Counted from the first letter of the stretch, positions 40,523-49,323 are shown. The stretch: 64,000 nt of DNA from an uncultured Ignavibacteria bacterium (GCA_963816535.1 CAWFKW010000006.1:580334-644333); one strand, 5' to 3'. Numbers and translations are program-made. The notes: generated from the sequence alone by a model not told the origin.

Positions 40523-41443
40523 TTGTCTGATATTATGCTTTACAAATTTCACTCAGGCATGGAAATCAAAAAATTACCAATTATTTATCAGGTTTATGGT
40601 TCCATAATCAGGAATATTTTTGAATTCAGGTGGAAGTCACGTTTTAGAAACCCTCTCATGGAGTTCATTCAGAAAAAAAATAAAAACAACAAATATTTCT
40701 GTTATATAAAATATGCAGATGGCATAAAAATACGCCTGGATTTGTATGATTGGCTGCCGCAGCTTATGTTTGTTTGGGGCGATATTGAACGAAGCGCAAC
40801 CGGTCGTTTCAGGGAATTGCTGAAGCCAGGAATGGTATTTGTTGATATAGGTACCAATATCGGTTATTATTCTCTGATGGCTTCAAAGCTTGTCGGCTCT
40901 TCGGGCAGGGTCTTTTCTTTTGAGCCATGGTCAAGGAACCGCGGAATATTAGAAGAGAATATCAGGCTCAACGATTTAAAAAATATAACGGTCATACCTA
41001 AAGCTGTATCAAATGAAGATGGCGAGAATATTAAGATCTATCTGCCCAAAGACGACAATTGCGGCATGCCTTCTCTGAAAAAAGTTAATGAAGAAAATTA
41101 CTCAGACGATTTTGAACTGACCGGAACCATAACTTTCCGGACGTTCATGGAAACTTATAAGCCGGGCAAGGTTGACGTTATCAAGATTGACGCCGAGGGG
41201 AGCGAGCTAAATGTATTGAAAGGTATGTCAGATTCATTAGCCGATAAAAATTTCAGTCCGGTAATACTTATGGAATTAATGGAGTTTTCTTTGGTTAATT
41301 TCTCAGCCTCAGTAAAGGATGTTATTGAATATCTGAAAAGTTTTGGGTTCAAAGCGTACAGAATTGGCAATGATTCAGCGGTTTCTGAAAAGAACGATTA
41401 CGCTGAAGAGCCGGCTCTGTGTTTGTTTCAGAGGGTTATCTAA
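40523..41443 (+). CDS. FkbM-family SAM-dependent methyltransferase
   Basis: VFVDIGTNIGYYSL, GRVFSFEP and IDVIKIDAEGSELNVLKG are typical FkbM blocks. The start may be the ATG at 40535. Confidence 0.75.
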   Translation: MSDIMLYKFHSGMEIKKLPIIYQVYGSIIRNIFEFRWKSRFRNPLMEFIQKKNKNNKYFCYIKYADGIKIRLDLYDWLPQLMFVWGDIERSATGRFRELLKPGMVFVDIGTNIGYYSLMASKLVGSSGRVFSFEPWSRNRGILEENIRLNDLKNITVIPKAVSNEDGENIKIYLPKDDNCGMPSLKKVNEENYSDDFELTGTITFRTFMETYKPGKVDVIKIDAEGSELNVLKGMSDSLADKNFSPVILMELMEFSLVNFSASVKDVIEYLKSFGFKAYRIGNDSAVSEKNDYAEEPALCLFQRVI

Positions 41444-41481
41444 ACCACAGGCATCAAAAGCAATAATATTTTTAAAACTGG

Positions 41482-41507
41482 AAAAGCGGCTTTACGGCCG
41501 CTTTTTT
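41482..41507 (+). terminator. rho-independent terminator after the FkbM gene
   Basis: AAAAGCGGC-tttacg-GCCGCTTTT followed by TT. Confidence 0.8.
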
Positions 41508-41509
41508 CG

Positions 41510-41583
<74 letters not shown>

Positions 41584-41590
41584 AAATAGA

Positions 41591-41618
41591 TTTCAGATTT
41601 GCGATTTCGGATTTAAAA
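41591..41618. repeat. 7-nt-periodic tract upstream of tRNA-Glu
   Basis: tttcaga tttgcga tttcgga tttaaaa. Confidence 0.6.
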
Positions 41619-41627
41619 GAAAAAAAG

Positions 41628-41703
41628 CAACCCGCGGGCGAGCGTGCTGGAGGGCTTTAGCCCGAAAGTCCCGCTTTAGCGGGATTAACCAAACCAACGC
41701 GCC
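41628..41703 (-). pseudogene. tRNA-like remnant: copy of the tRNA-Glu 5' leader, acceptor strand and D-region fused to two TAAA-loop hairpins
   Basis: The minus strand reads ATTTGGCGCGTTGGT--TTGGTTAA (identical to tRNA-Glu apart from a 4-nt gap), then TCCCGC-TAAA-GCGGGA, GGGC-TAAA-GCCC and CCAGCACGCTCGCC. There is no anticodon or T-arm. Confidence 0.55.
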
Positions 41704-41861
41704 AAATGAAATCAGCGCTAATATAACCATATCCTAAAAAACAAAATACATACTAGTTTATCTCAATTATGGAATGGGATTTTGGTATATTTTAATGAAT
41801 TTGCTGATTCAGCCGGAAGAAGGGAGATTTCAGACAGATGAATAACAGGTAAGTTTTTTTT

Positions 41862-41907
41862 CTTTGTTTTCTTTGGAGTGCATCGACAGTGCCAACGCAC
41901 TCCAAAG
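41862..41907. repeat. hairpin repeat CTTTGGAGTGC-N15-GCACTCCAAAG; family shared with 58848-58910
   Basis: 11-bp perfect stem. About 30 nt (TTCTTTGGAGTGCATCGACAGTGCCAACGC) recur with about 4 mismatches at 58.86 kb. Confidence 0.75.
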
Positions 41908-41968
41908 AAAGAATAATGAGTAAAGATTAGTCGATCATCAAATTAAATCAAATGACCTTTATAAGCTG

Positions 41969-44077
41969 TTACAAATCCACCTTTATTCTTGCATCAAGAA
42001 TTTTGCAGTCTTCCTTTGATGAATTAAATACGAACGGATTCAAATCGATCTCGGCTAATTCGGGAAAGTCTTCGACCAATTGGGACAAACGCAATAGATT
42101 TTCATTTATGTAGTCAATATCGACAGGCTTCTTTCCGCGAACCCCTTTAAGCAGCTTATAGCTTTTAATTGACCTGACTAAATCGCACGCCTCTGTGTTT
42201 TTAATTGGCAGCAGTTTGAATTTCACGTCCTTAAATACTTCAACGAATATTCCGCCCAGCCCGAACATTATCAGGTGTCCGGCTTTATCATCGGTTGAAA
42301 CCCCCATTATAGTTTCAATGCCTCCTGAAATGTAAGGCTGTATCAAAAAATATTCAAAATGTTTCAGGGCATCATGCTCCCTAAGACTCTCGTATATTTT
42401 ATTTGCAGCCTTAACCAGCTCAGCTTCAGAATGAATATCAACCTGTACGCCGCCGGCATCTGATTTATGAACAAGATTTTTCCCCATTGCTTTAATAACT
42501 ACGGGATATCTGAGCTTGCCTGCTGCCGCTGATGCTTCGTCTATGTTTTTTGCTGAAACCGATTCCAGCATGGGCAAACCATAGGCTTTAAGGATTTCTG
42601 AAACATCGGAAAAATCCATATAGAACGAGCCTTTTCCAGTGTGGCTTTCCAGTATATTCCTGACTTTGTTCTTTTTAGTCTCGAATATAACATATTCGCC
42701 GCGTTCCGCTTCCTGCCACTGTTTGTAACTAAGCATTTCACCTATAGCTCTGACGGCATTTTCAGGGAACCTGTAAATAGGAGGGTGCTTTATTACTTTT
42801 TCGCGTAGTTTGGGGATAATATCGTCCTGCGACATCAGCACTATCATACATGTTTTATCGGTATCCTTACCTGCATCGCATATCGATTTTGCGATTTGAA
42901 CCGTATCCAGCATAAGCGGCGGGCCAAGGATCACTATTAGCGAGTCGATATTCTTATCTTCAAGCATCAGCTTAGTGGCTTCTCCGTAAATTTCAGCGTT
43001 TGCCGGCGGAAGAAGATCAACCGGATTATAAACCGAAGCTTCTCTTGCCGCAATAGCCCTTAGCTTGTTTTGAGTTGATTTGCTCAGTTCCGCTACGGTT
43101 AACCCCGCCCTTGAACATTCATCTACGGCAAGAATCGCGGGGCCCCCGGCATTTGTAAGAATCCCAATCCTGTTTCCTTTTGGGATTCTTGCTTTATCAA
43201 ATGCCTTTGCAATATCAAACATTTCGTCGGTCGTATTTACCCTGATAACGCCCCCCTGTTCAAGAAAAGCGTCAACAACAGTATCTGAGCTGGCCAAAGC
43301 GCCGGTGTGCGATGAAGCCGCGCGCATTCCCTGCATTGTCTTTGCCGATTTGATTACAATAACGGGTTTTGTTTTTGTAATCTCCCGCGTAAGTTCCATG
43401 AATCTCCTTGGATTTCCGAAGGATTCCAAATATACTGTAATCACTTTTATGTCTGGATTATCAGCCCAATATTCCAGTATAGTATTTCCTGAAACATCTG
43501 CTTTATTCCCAATACTGATAAACTGCGCAAGCCCGATGTCGTTTTGGCGCAGCGTTTTCAGCACGGCCGCGCCTAATGCGCCGCTTTGCGAAACAAATCC
43601 AATGCCGCCCTGTATGGGAGTTCCCAGCACGAACGTGCCGTTAAGTTTAACATCCGGATTTGTGTTAATGAGCCCCATGCAGTTAGGGCCAACAAGGCGC
43701 ATTTTATATTTTTTGATCTTTTCAACAAGCTCTTTTTCTATATCGGCGCCTTCTTTTCCAACTTCTTTGAAACCGGCCGTGATAACCAGCAGGGCTTCAA
43801 CTTTCTTTTTATTGCAATCATCAATAGCCTGCAATACGAATTCGCGGGCTACCATTATTATTGCAAGGTCGACGGAATCTTCAATTTCCGTCATGCATTT
43901 ATAAGACTTAATGCTGTGTACCGAGTCTGCTTTGGGATTAACAGGAAATATCTTCCCCTGATATCCGCAATTTATCATGTTATTAATCAATTCCCAGCTA
44001 AGTGTGCCCTGTTTTGTGGAAGCGCCTACAACTGCAATTGACTTAGGGTAGAATATTTTATCTAATGGATTTGACAT
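41969..44077 (-). CDS. ADP-forming acetyl/acyl-CoA synthetase (fused alpha-beta; NDP-forming acyl-CoA synthetase family)
   Basis: N-terminal CoA-binding domain (SIAVVGASTKQGTLSWELINN), succinyl-CoA-synthetase-like ligase domain with the phospho-His loop (RAASSHTGALAS), and a C-terminal ATP-grasp domain. Confidence 0.85.
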   Translation of the reverse strand: MSNPLDKIFYPKSIAVVGASTKQGTLSWELINNMINCGYQGKIFPVNPKADSVHSIKSYKCMTEIEDSVDLAIIMVAREFVLQAIDDCNKKKVEALLVITAGFKEVGKEGADIEKELVEKIKKYKMRLVGPNCMGLINTNPDVKLNGTFVLGTPIQGGIGFVSQSGALGAAVLKTLRQNDIGLAQFISIGNKADVSGNTILEYWADNPDIKVITVYLESFGNPRRFMELTREITKTKPVIVIKSAKTMQGMRAASSHTGALASSDTVVDAFLEQGGVIRVNTTDEMFDIAKAFDKARIPKGNRIGILTNAGGPAILAVDECSRAGLTVAELSKSTQNKLRAIAAREASVYNPVDLLPPANAEIYGEATKLMLEDKNIDSLIVILGPPLMLDTVQIAKSICDAGKDTDKTCMIVLMSQDDIIPKLREKVIKHPPIYRFPENAVRAIGEMLSYKQWQEAERGEYVIFETKKNKVRNILESHTGKGSFYMDFSDVSEILKAYGLPMLESVSAKNIDEASAAAGKLRYPVVIKAMGKNLVHKSDAGGVQVDIHSEAELVKAANKIYESLREHDALKHFEYFLIQPYISGGIETIMGVSTDDKAGHLIMFGLGGIFVEVFKDVKFKLLPIKNTEACDLVRSIKSYKLLKGVRGKKPVDIDYINENLLRLSQLVEDFPELAEIDLNPFVFNSSKEDCKILDARIKVDL

Positions 44078-44184
44078 AATATCTTGGTTTTTATATTTCT
44101 CAAATAATTTTTAATCTGTGAATATGTGGCTATTTCTTATAAAATTACTGTTACCTATGAATATGCAGTTTGAAAAAAATCATT

Positions 44185-44228
44185 AAAAAAAATCACAGGA
44201 TCCTACCAGTGGAGCGCAGGATCCCGTG
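44185..44228 (-). terminator. rho-independent terminator after the oxidoreductase operon
   Basis: CACGGGATCCT-N13-AGGATCCTGTG followed by T8 on the minus strand. Confidence 0.8.
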
Positions 44229-44258
44229 ACCATTATACTGGAGAATATAATGCGAATT

Positions 44259-44816
44259 TTAAACCACAGCTAACTGTTTATACACCAATTCCCTGCCTTT
44301 TTCCAGCGCTTCTCTGTTCAGTTCTAACAGGTGGTGATATCTTTCGGGCAATACCTGTCTTAGCGCTTCTATAATCGACTCGATCTTAATCACAGGTTTC
44401 TTTTCTAAATACGCCCCAAGCAATATCATGTTCAACACTTTGCTGTTTTTCATTTTTACGGCTTCGTCTGCTGCAGGGATAGCCACTATATCAATATCCT
44501 CTCTTGTTGGGGGTTTTATTATATTAGTCGATTCAAATATTAACAGTCCGCCGGGTTTAACCGCGGATTCAAATTTATCTACCGATGGCTGGTTCAATAA
44601 CACCGCCGTATCGAAAACGGAGATTATAGGCGAGCTTATTTCAGCGTCAGACAAAATGGTTATGCAGTTTGCAGTGCCGCCTCTCATTTCGGGCCCGTAT
44701 GAGGGCATCCATGAGATTTCCTTATTCTCTATCATCGCCGCATAAGCCAGCGTCTGCCCCATAGAGAGGACTCCCTGGCCCCCAAACCCCGACATTATTA
44801 TTTCTTCTAACATCAC
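44259..44816 (-). CDS. 2-oxoacid:ferredoxin oxidoreductase gamma subunit
   Basis: GFGGQGVLSMGQTLA ... SYGPEMRGGTANC is the hallmark of the OFOR gamma domain. Confidence 0.9.
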   Translation of the reverse strand: MMLEEIIMSGFGGQGVLSMGQTLAYAAMIENKEISWMPSYGPEMRGGTANCITILSDAEISSPIISVFDTAVLLNQPSVDKFESAVKPGGLLIFESTNIIKPPTREDIDIVAIPAADEAVKMKNSKVLNMILLGAYLEKKPVIKIESIIEALRQVLPERYHHLLELNREALEKGRELVYKQLAVV

Positions 44817-45664
44817 ATTGTCTCCTCAGCTAAATTCTTTAAGTCCTCGCCTTTCGGGACTTTAATATCGCCGAGCGGGAAGGTTTTAATCATTTCATTG
44901 GTTACAAAATCAAGAGCCTGCAGCGGAGTCATTTTCCAGTTTGATGGACAGTTGCCAATAATTTCCACAAGGCTTGTCCCTTTATTCAGTTTTTGGTATT
45001 TAAAAGCGTTCAAGATCGCCTTTCTTGTTTTCCTGACATTCGTGTGGTTGTTAACCGCCTGCCTGGTTACGTAAAACGCTCCGGGAAGCTGTGCGACCAT
45101 TTCTGACACCTTAACGGGATAGCCATGTATTTTAACATCCCTGCCATATGGAGATGTTGTGGTTTTCATCCCTTCAAGTGTGGTAGGCGCCATCTGCCCG
45201 CTTGTCATTCCGTAAACGGCGTTATTCATGAAAATTATCGTTATATTTTCGCCGCGGTTAATCGTATGGATAGTTTCGGCAGTGCCTATAGCGGCAAGGT
45301 CGCCATCGCCCTGGTATGTGAACACGTACTTATCGGGCAGCATTTTCCTTATTCCGGTAGCGACTGCCGTTGCCCTGCCATGGGCGGCCTCCTGCATATC
45401 TATGTTCATGTAGTCATATGCAAATACGGCGCATCCTACAGGCGCGACACCGACTATGTTTTCCTGTATTCCAAGCTCATCTACAACTTCCATGATAAGC
45501 TTATGAACAAGGCTGTGAGCGCAGCCCGGACAATAGTGCATTGGCACGTCTAAAAGGCTCTCAGGCTTTTTGTAAACTAACTCGTAATCATCCTCTGCGG
45601 TCAATAGTTTTTCATCAACTGTTTCCACAGGGTCTGTTGAGGCTAATATTTCTTCAGCTTGCAT
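44813..45664 (-). CDS. 2-oxoacid:ferredoxin oxidoreductase beta (TPP-binding) subunit
   Basis: CPGCAHS, the TPP motif GDGDLAAIG...NNAVYGMTSGQ, and 4-nt/11-nt overlaps with the neighbouring genes. Confidence 0.9.
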   Translation of the reverse strand: MQAEEILASTDPVETVDEKLLTAEDDYELVYKKPESLLDVPMHYCPGCAHSLVHKLIMEVVDELGIQENIVGVAPVGCAVFAYDYMNIDMQEAAHGRATAVATGIRKMLPDKYVFTYQGDGDLAAIGTAETIHTINRGENITIIFMNNAVYGMTSGQMAPTTLEGMKTTTSPYGRDVKIHGYPVKVSEMVAQLPGAFYVTRQAVNNHTNVRKTRKAILNAFKYQKLNKGTSLVEIIGNCPSNWKMTPLQALDFVTNEMIKTFPLGDIKVPKGEDLKNLAEETM

Positions 45665-46727
45665 GGTTTATTTCTATAAATTTTTCTAAATTTTTTAATA
45701 TTTCTTCAGGTGTCGGGATCATTCCGCCCATTCTTCCGTAAAATTCAACAGGGGCCCGTCCGTTAACGGCCAGCTTAACATCTTCAACCATCTGACCTGA
45801 ATTCAGCTCAACAGACATAAACATCTTCACTCTGTCTGACATTTCAGATATTTTATCGGTTGGAAACGGATACAGGGTTATGGGTCTCAACAACCCCGCT
45901 TTGATCCCTTTTTCTCTTGCGAGGTTTACAACTTTGTGGCAAATGCGTGCCGTTAAACCAAATGCTACCAGAATATAATCGGCATCATCGGTCATGATTT
46001 CCTGGTAACGCACTTCGTTTTTCTGTATCTCAGCATATTTTGCCTGCAGCTTTATATTATGCTCTTCCATCTTCTCTGACTTAATGTTCAGCGATGAAAG
46101 ATAATTTCTTTCCCTGTCTTTTGTCTTTCCGGTTGTTGCCCATGGTTTATCAGGCTTAACAATATCTCTTTTGTAAAAAGTTACCTTTTCCATCATTTGG
46201 CCGATTGCTCCGTCTGATAGTATCATAACGGGGTTCCTGTACTTATCGGCAAGTTCAAATCCGAGGAAAACAAAATCCGCCATTTCCTGAACAGAATTAG
46301 GGGCGAGAACTATGAGCCTGTAATCGCCGTGTCCGCCGCCTTTTGTAGCCTGGAAGTAATCTCCCTGCGAGGGCTGAATTGTTCCGAGTCCCGGGCCGGC
46401 GCGGTTAACATTTGCAACCAAACACGGAATCTCAGCGCCTGCTATGTATGAAAGTCCTTCCTGCATCAGGCTGATACCGGGCGATGAAGACGTAGTCATA
46501 ACCCTTCCGCCGGCGCCACCTGCGCCGTATATCATATTGATTGCGGCCACTTCGCTCTCTGCCTGTAAAACTACCCCGCCTCTTTTAGGCATCTCTTTGG
46601 CGAGATATTCAAGCACTTCCGATTGCGGAGTAATGGGGTATCCGAAATATCCGTCGCACTTGGCCTGAATAGCGGCTTCGGCGAGCGCTTCGTTACCTTT
46701 CATTAATTTTGTTTTTAGCTTTTCCAT
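45654..46727 (-). CDS. 2-oxoacid:ferredoxin oxidoreductase alpha subunit (KorA/VorB-type)
   Basis: MKGNEALAEAAIQAKCDGYFGYPITPQSE N-terminus. Substrate (2-oxoglutarate or branched-chain 2-oxoacid) cannot be decided by eye. Confidence 0.9.
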   Translation of the reverse strand: MEKLKTKLMKGNEALAEAAIQAKCDGYFGYPITPQSEVLEYLAKEMPKRGGVVLQAESEVAAINMIYGAGGAGGRVMTTSSSPGISLMQEGLSYIAGAEIPCLVANVNRAGPGLGTIQPSQGDYFQATKGGGHGDYRLIVLAPNSVQEMADFVFLGFELADKYRNPVMILSDGAIGQMMEKVTFYKRDIVKPDKPWATTGKTKDRERNYLSSLNIKSEKMEEHNIKLQAKYAEIQKNEVRYQEIMTDDADYILVAFGLTARICHKVVNLAREKGIKAGLLRPITLYPFPTDKISEMSDRVKMFMSVELNSGQMVEDVKLAVNGRAPVEFYGRMGGMIPTPEEILKNLEKFIEINHAS

Positions 46728-46744
46728 AATCTCTGTTTTCCTCG

Positions 46745-47113
46745 TTAAATATAATCCATCGCTATCAGGTCGGGATAGGACGGATTGTTCAAAATCGATT
46801 TTATTGATTCCTTAATTTCTTCTGGGTCGGTTATTTTTTTCTTTTTCCCTTTTGGCGATGTTCTGTAAACCGTTATCACCGCATCAGGGCAAACAAGCGC
46901 GCAATTAACGCAGCCCGTGCACAAATCGTTATCGGCGATCATGTATTGATAGCCTTTTGAATTCAGAGTTTTCGATAGCGTCAAACCGTTTTCCTTACAC
47001 GATTCTTTGCACAACTCGCATCCTTTGCACTTTTCAATATCTATTACAACTTTCCCCAGTACTTTTCTTTCTCTTGCCGGTTTTGCCTTCGCATTCGCTG
47101 TGGTGGCATCCAT
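46745..47113 (-). CDS. 2-oxoacid:ferredoxin oxidoreductase delta subunit (2x[4Fe-4S] ferredoxin)
   Basis: Two cluster motifs, CKGCELCKESC and CTGCVNCALVCP. First gene of the operon. Confidence 0.85.
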   Translation of the reverse strand: MDATTANAKAKPARERKVLGKVVIDIEKCKGCELCKESCKENGLTLSKTLNSKGYQYMIADNDLCTGCVNCALVCPDAVITVYRTSPKGKKKKITDPEEIKESIKSILNNPSYPDLIAMDYI

Positions 47114-47251
47114 GTTAGTTAGTCTTTATTTTTGATTCTGAAATTCGGAGAGAAAATCACTGACGGGCCCCTCTCCCTTAAATTATCAACTTTTACTATA
47201 CAAATATCACATCTGTGGCATGCAATTCCTATAATTTATGTCATAATAAAA

Positions 47252-47267
47252 CATGATATTTATCATG
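47252..47267. promoter_or_regulatory. palindromic operator candidate CATGATATTTATCATG upstream of the 2-oxoacid oxidoreductase operon
   Basis: ATGAT-N4-ATCAT inverted repeat 139-154 nt upstream of the delta-subunit start. A near-identical site lies at 56568-56583 upstream of PFOR. Confidence 0.5.
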
Positions 47268-47382
47268 ATTCGAAGGTATAATTTACAGTAGTTTAGATAT
47301 TCTTGAGTAAGAATTAGGGACCGGAAATGCTGTTTTTGGAGGAAGTAATTTACTGGCTTTGGCTAATGAGCGTTAGGGAAGC

Positions 47383-47445
47383 GGGATTTGTGAATTGAGA
47401 TTCGAGATTTGAGAGTTAGGATTTGAAAATTAGAAATCAAAATTC
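47383..47445. repeat. 9-unit degenerate heptanucleotide tract
   Basis: gggattt gtgaatt gagattc gagattt gagagtt aggattt gaaaatt agaaatc aaaattc. Confidence 0.8.
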
Positions 47446-47460
47446 AACTATGTGCCATTA

Positions 47461-47495
47461 AATTTTGAATCCCAAATTGAAATTCTAAAACCTAA
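47461..47495. repeat. 5-unit degenerate heptanucleotide tract
   Basis: aattttg aatccca aattgaa attctaa aacctaa. Confidence 0.65.
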
Positions 47496-47533
47496 GATCC
47501 TTTGCCTTTTGCATTTTTACTTTTGCCTGCAGA

Positions 47534-47947
47534 TCATTTCCACAATGCAAGTAACCCGCCCATTATGGGAATTGAAACAAACTGGTATAAGATATAAATA
47601 AGGAAAAGGAGCTTCGGACGGCTTTCAAAAAAATAAACCGGCAGGACCGTTGTTACAACAAATCCCAGCCATACCCAAAATCCTGCCATAGCTCCCTGTT
47701 CAATAGAGTTGAGGTTTGCATATTTTACAATATGAGCCAGCACATAAGCGAACACCAGCGAAGTTAAGGTGTTTAATACATATGTGATGCCGATAGTAGC
47801 AGACTTAATATCATCGCGCGTTTTGCCCTGAGCTTTTAACCAAAGCTTGCCGAATAAATATGGCGAGTACCAAAGCATACCAAGCGCCATATTTAAAATT
47901 GCTGCAACTATAACCGGAACAAGATTTAATGACGGGTCTGGAATCAT
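47534..47947 (-). CDS. DUF1761-like small integral membrane protein
   Basis: Four TM helices, 137 aa. N-terminal pattern VIVAAILNMALGMLWYSPYLFGKLW is typical of DUF1761. Confidence 0.55.
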   Translation of the reverse strand: MIPDPSLNLVPVIVAAILNMALGMLWYSPYLFGKLWLKAQGKTRDDIKSATIGITYVLNTLTSLVFAYVLAHIVKYANLNSIEQGAMAGFWVWLGFVVTTVLPVYFFESRPKLLFLIYILYQFVSIPIMGGLLALWK

Positions 47948-47982
47948 GTGATTTGAGATGTGAGATTTTCGATTTGAGATTT
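47948..47982. repeat. 5-unit heptanucleotide tract between tRNA-Gln and the DUF1761 start codon
   Basis: gtgattt gagatgt gagattt tcgattt gagattt. Confidence 0.75.
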
Positions 47983-47987
47983 TTTTG

Positions 47988-48060
47988 CTGCCCGACTAGG
48001 GCTCGAACCTAGACTTTCCTGATCCAGAGTCAGGCGTGTTGCCAATTACACCATCGGGCA
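47988..48060 (-). tRNA. tRNA-Gln (anticodon CUG)
   Basis: Manual cloverleaf: acceptor TGCCCGA/TCGGGCA (U1-A72 as in bacterial tRNA-Gln), D-arm GTGT/ACAC, anticodon stem CCTGA/TCAGG with loop CTCTGGA, T-arm CTAGG-TTCGAGC-CCTAG. Confidence 0.85.
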
Positions 48061-48225
48061 AAAACTCGAAACGGATAATAATATCCTAAAAAAAGTGATA
48101 AATTGAAAGAGGGAAATATCGGGCTATTTATGATGTTTTTTGCAAGAAATTTGGCCCTTTGCTTTACCAAAAATGCGAGGGGCCTTCGAAAATACCGGAG
48201 GCCCCCATTAAAGTCCTGTCGCTTT

Positions 48226-49323
48226 CTATTTAATTAGAGTCAGTTTCTTTGTTTGCGAAAAGCTGCCGGCATTCAATCTATAAAAATAGATGCCGCTTGC
48301 CAGATTTTCTGCGTTCCAGTTAACGCTGTATGAACCCGCCGAAAATTCGCCGTCAGCCAAAGCTGCTACTTCCTGGCCCCTGATATTAAATATTTTAAGA
48401 GACACATTACTCTTCTTAGGAATTCCAAATTCAATTGTCGTGCCGGGGTTGAACGGATTTGGATAATTCTGAGCCAGCTTGTAATTCTCCGGTATCCCCG
48501 TGCCTGTGTTAACTATTCCGGTCGTTATGCTTACAACATAGCGAACTTCGCCGTTGAGCGCACGCGATGAGAACCAACTGCCGGTTGTAGTAAACGGGGC
48601 AGAACGTGCATCGCCGGTTACCAATGTAAGATTAGTATCTGAATACGTACTGTACGCAGGCGTACCGGTGCCATAGTAACGCGGCCCTACAACATTAAAC
48701 TTCAATGCGACACCGACTGTGTCGCCGGCAGGAATAGTTATTGCTGGAACCGTAAAAACTTCAGAAATACCCTGTGTGACTGACCCCTGAACCACAGGTA
48801 TAATGCCAATTGACGTCCAGCCCGCAGTCGAGCTGCCGGGGCCTGAGCCAACAGGTCCGCCCAATGCGGTCCCGCTGCGGATAAATACTTCCACAGTGAA
48901 ACTTTGCGCAGGTGTTCCTGTGTTTGCCGTCTTCATTTGAGTAACGTAGGCGTCTCGCGGCCCGGCAATAAGATCCAAAAACATTGCCCAGCCTGCAGAA
49001 CCACCGTTATTGGATGCGTTGGGGTTGCCGGCAAGGATCATCGTATCTGAAACATCGTATCTGTTGCCCGGCAGCGTTATGCGGTCAAAACCGGAAAGTG
49101 AATGCGAATTAAATTGAGCCGTAAAAGGCATCGCCGTTTGCAGGTCAATTGCGCCGGCATTCAGAACTTTCTGCGCTTCAATATTATCTATATCCGTTGT
49201 GTTTGTATTGGAAATTACAGGAATGAGTTTGACTTGGGAATGGCAAATCCCCGTTAAAGAAATAAATGAGACAGTAAAAATCAAAGCAAGAAAAACTTTG
49301 AAATAGTTTAAATTGCTGAACAT
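48226..49323 (-). CDS. secreted protein with T9SS C-terminal sorting domain
   Basis: Signal peptide present. C-terminal Por_Secre_tail (YKLAQNYPNPFNPGTTIEFGIP...SGIYFYRLNAGSFSQTKKLTLIK). The N-terminal domain is unassigned. Confidence 0.75.
   Translation of the reverse strand: MFSNLNYFKVFLALIFTVSFISLTGICHSQVKLIPVISNTNTTDIDNIEAQKVLNAGAIDLQTAMPFTAQFNSHSLSGFDRITLPGNRYDVSDTMILAGNPNASNNGGSAGWAMFLDLIAGPRDAYVTQMKTANTGTPAQSFTVEVFIRSGTALGGPVGSGPGSSTAGWTSIGIIPVVQGSVTQGISEVFTVPAITIPAGDTVGVALKFNVVGPRYYGTGTPAYSTYSDTNLTLVTGDARSAPFTTTGSWFSSRALNGEVRYVVSITTGIVNTGTGIPENYKLAQNYPNPFNPGTTIEFGIPKKSNVSLKIFNIRGQEVAALADGEFSAGSYSVNWNAENLASGIYFYRLNAGSFSQTKKLTLIK

Noticed and set aside
43080-43904. 274-aa plus-strand ORF
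   Set aside because: It lies entirely antisense to the well-supported acyl-CoA synthetase gene. The translation is low-complexity (Ser/Pro/Ile-rich) with no motifs, typical of a shadow ORF.
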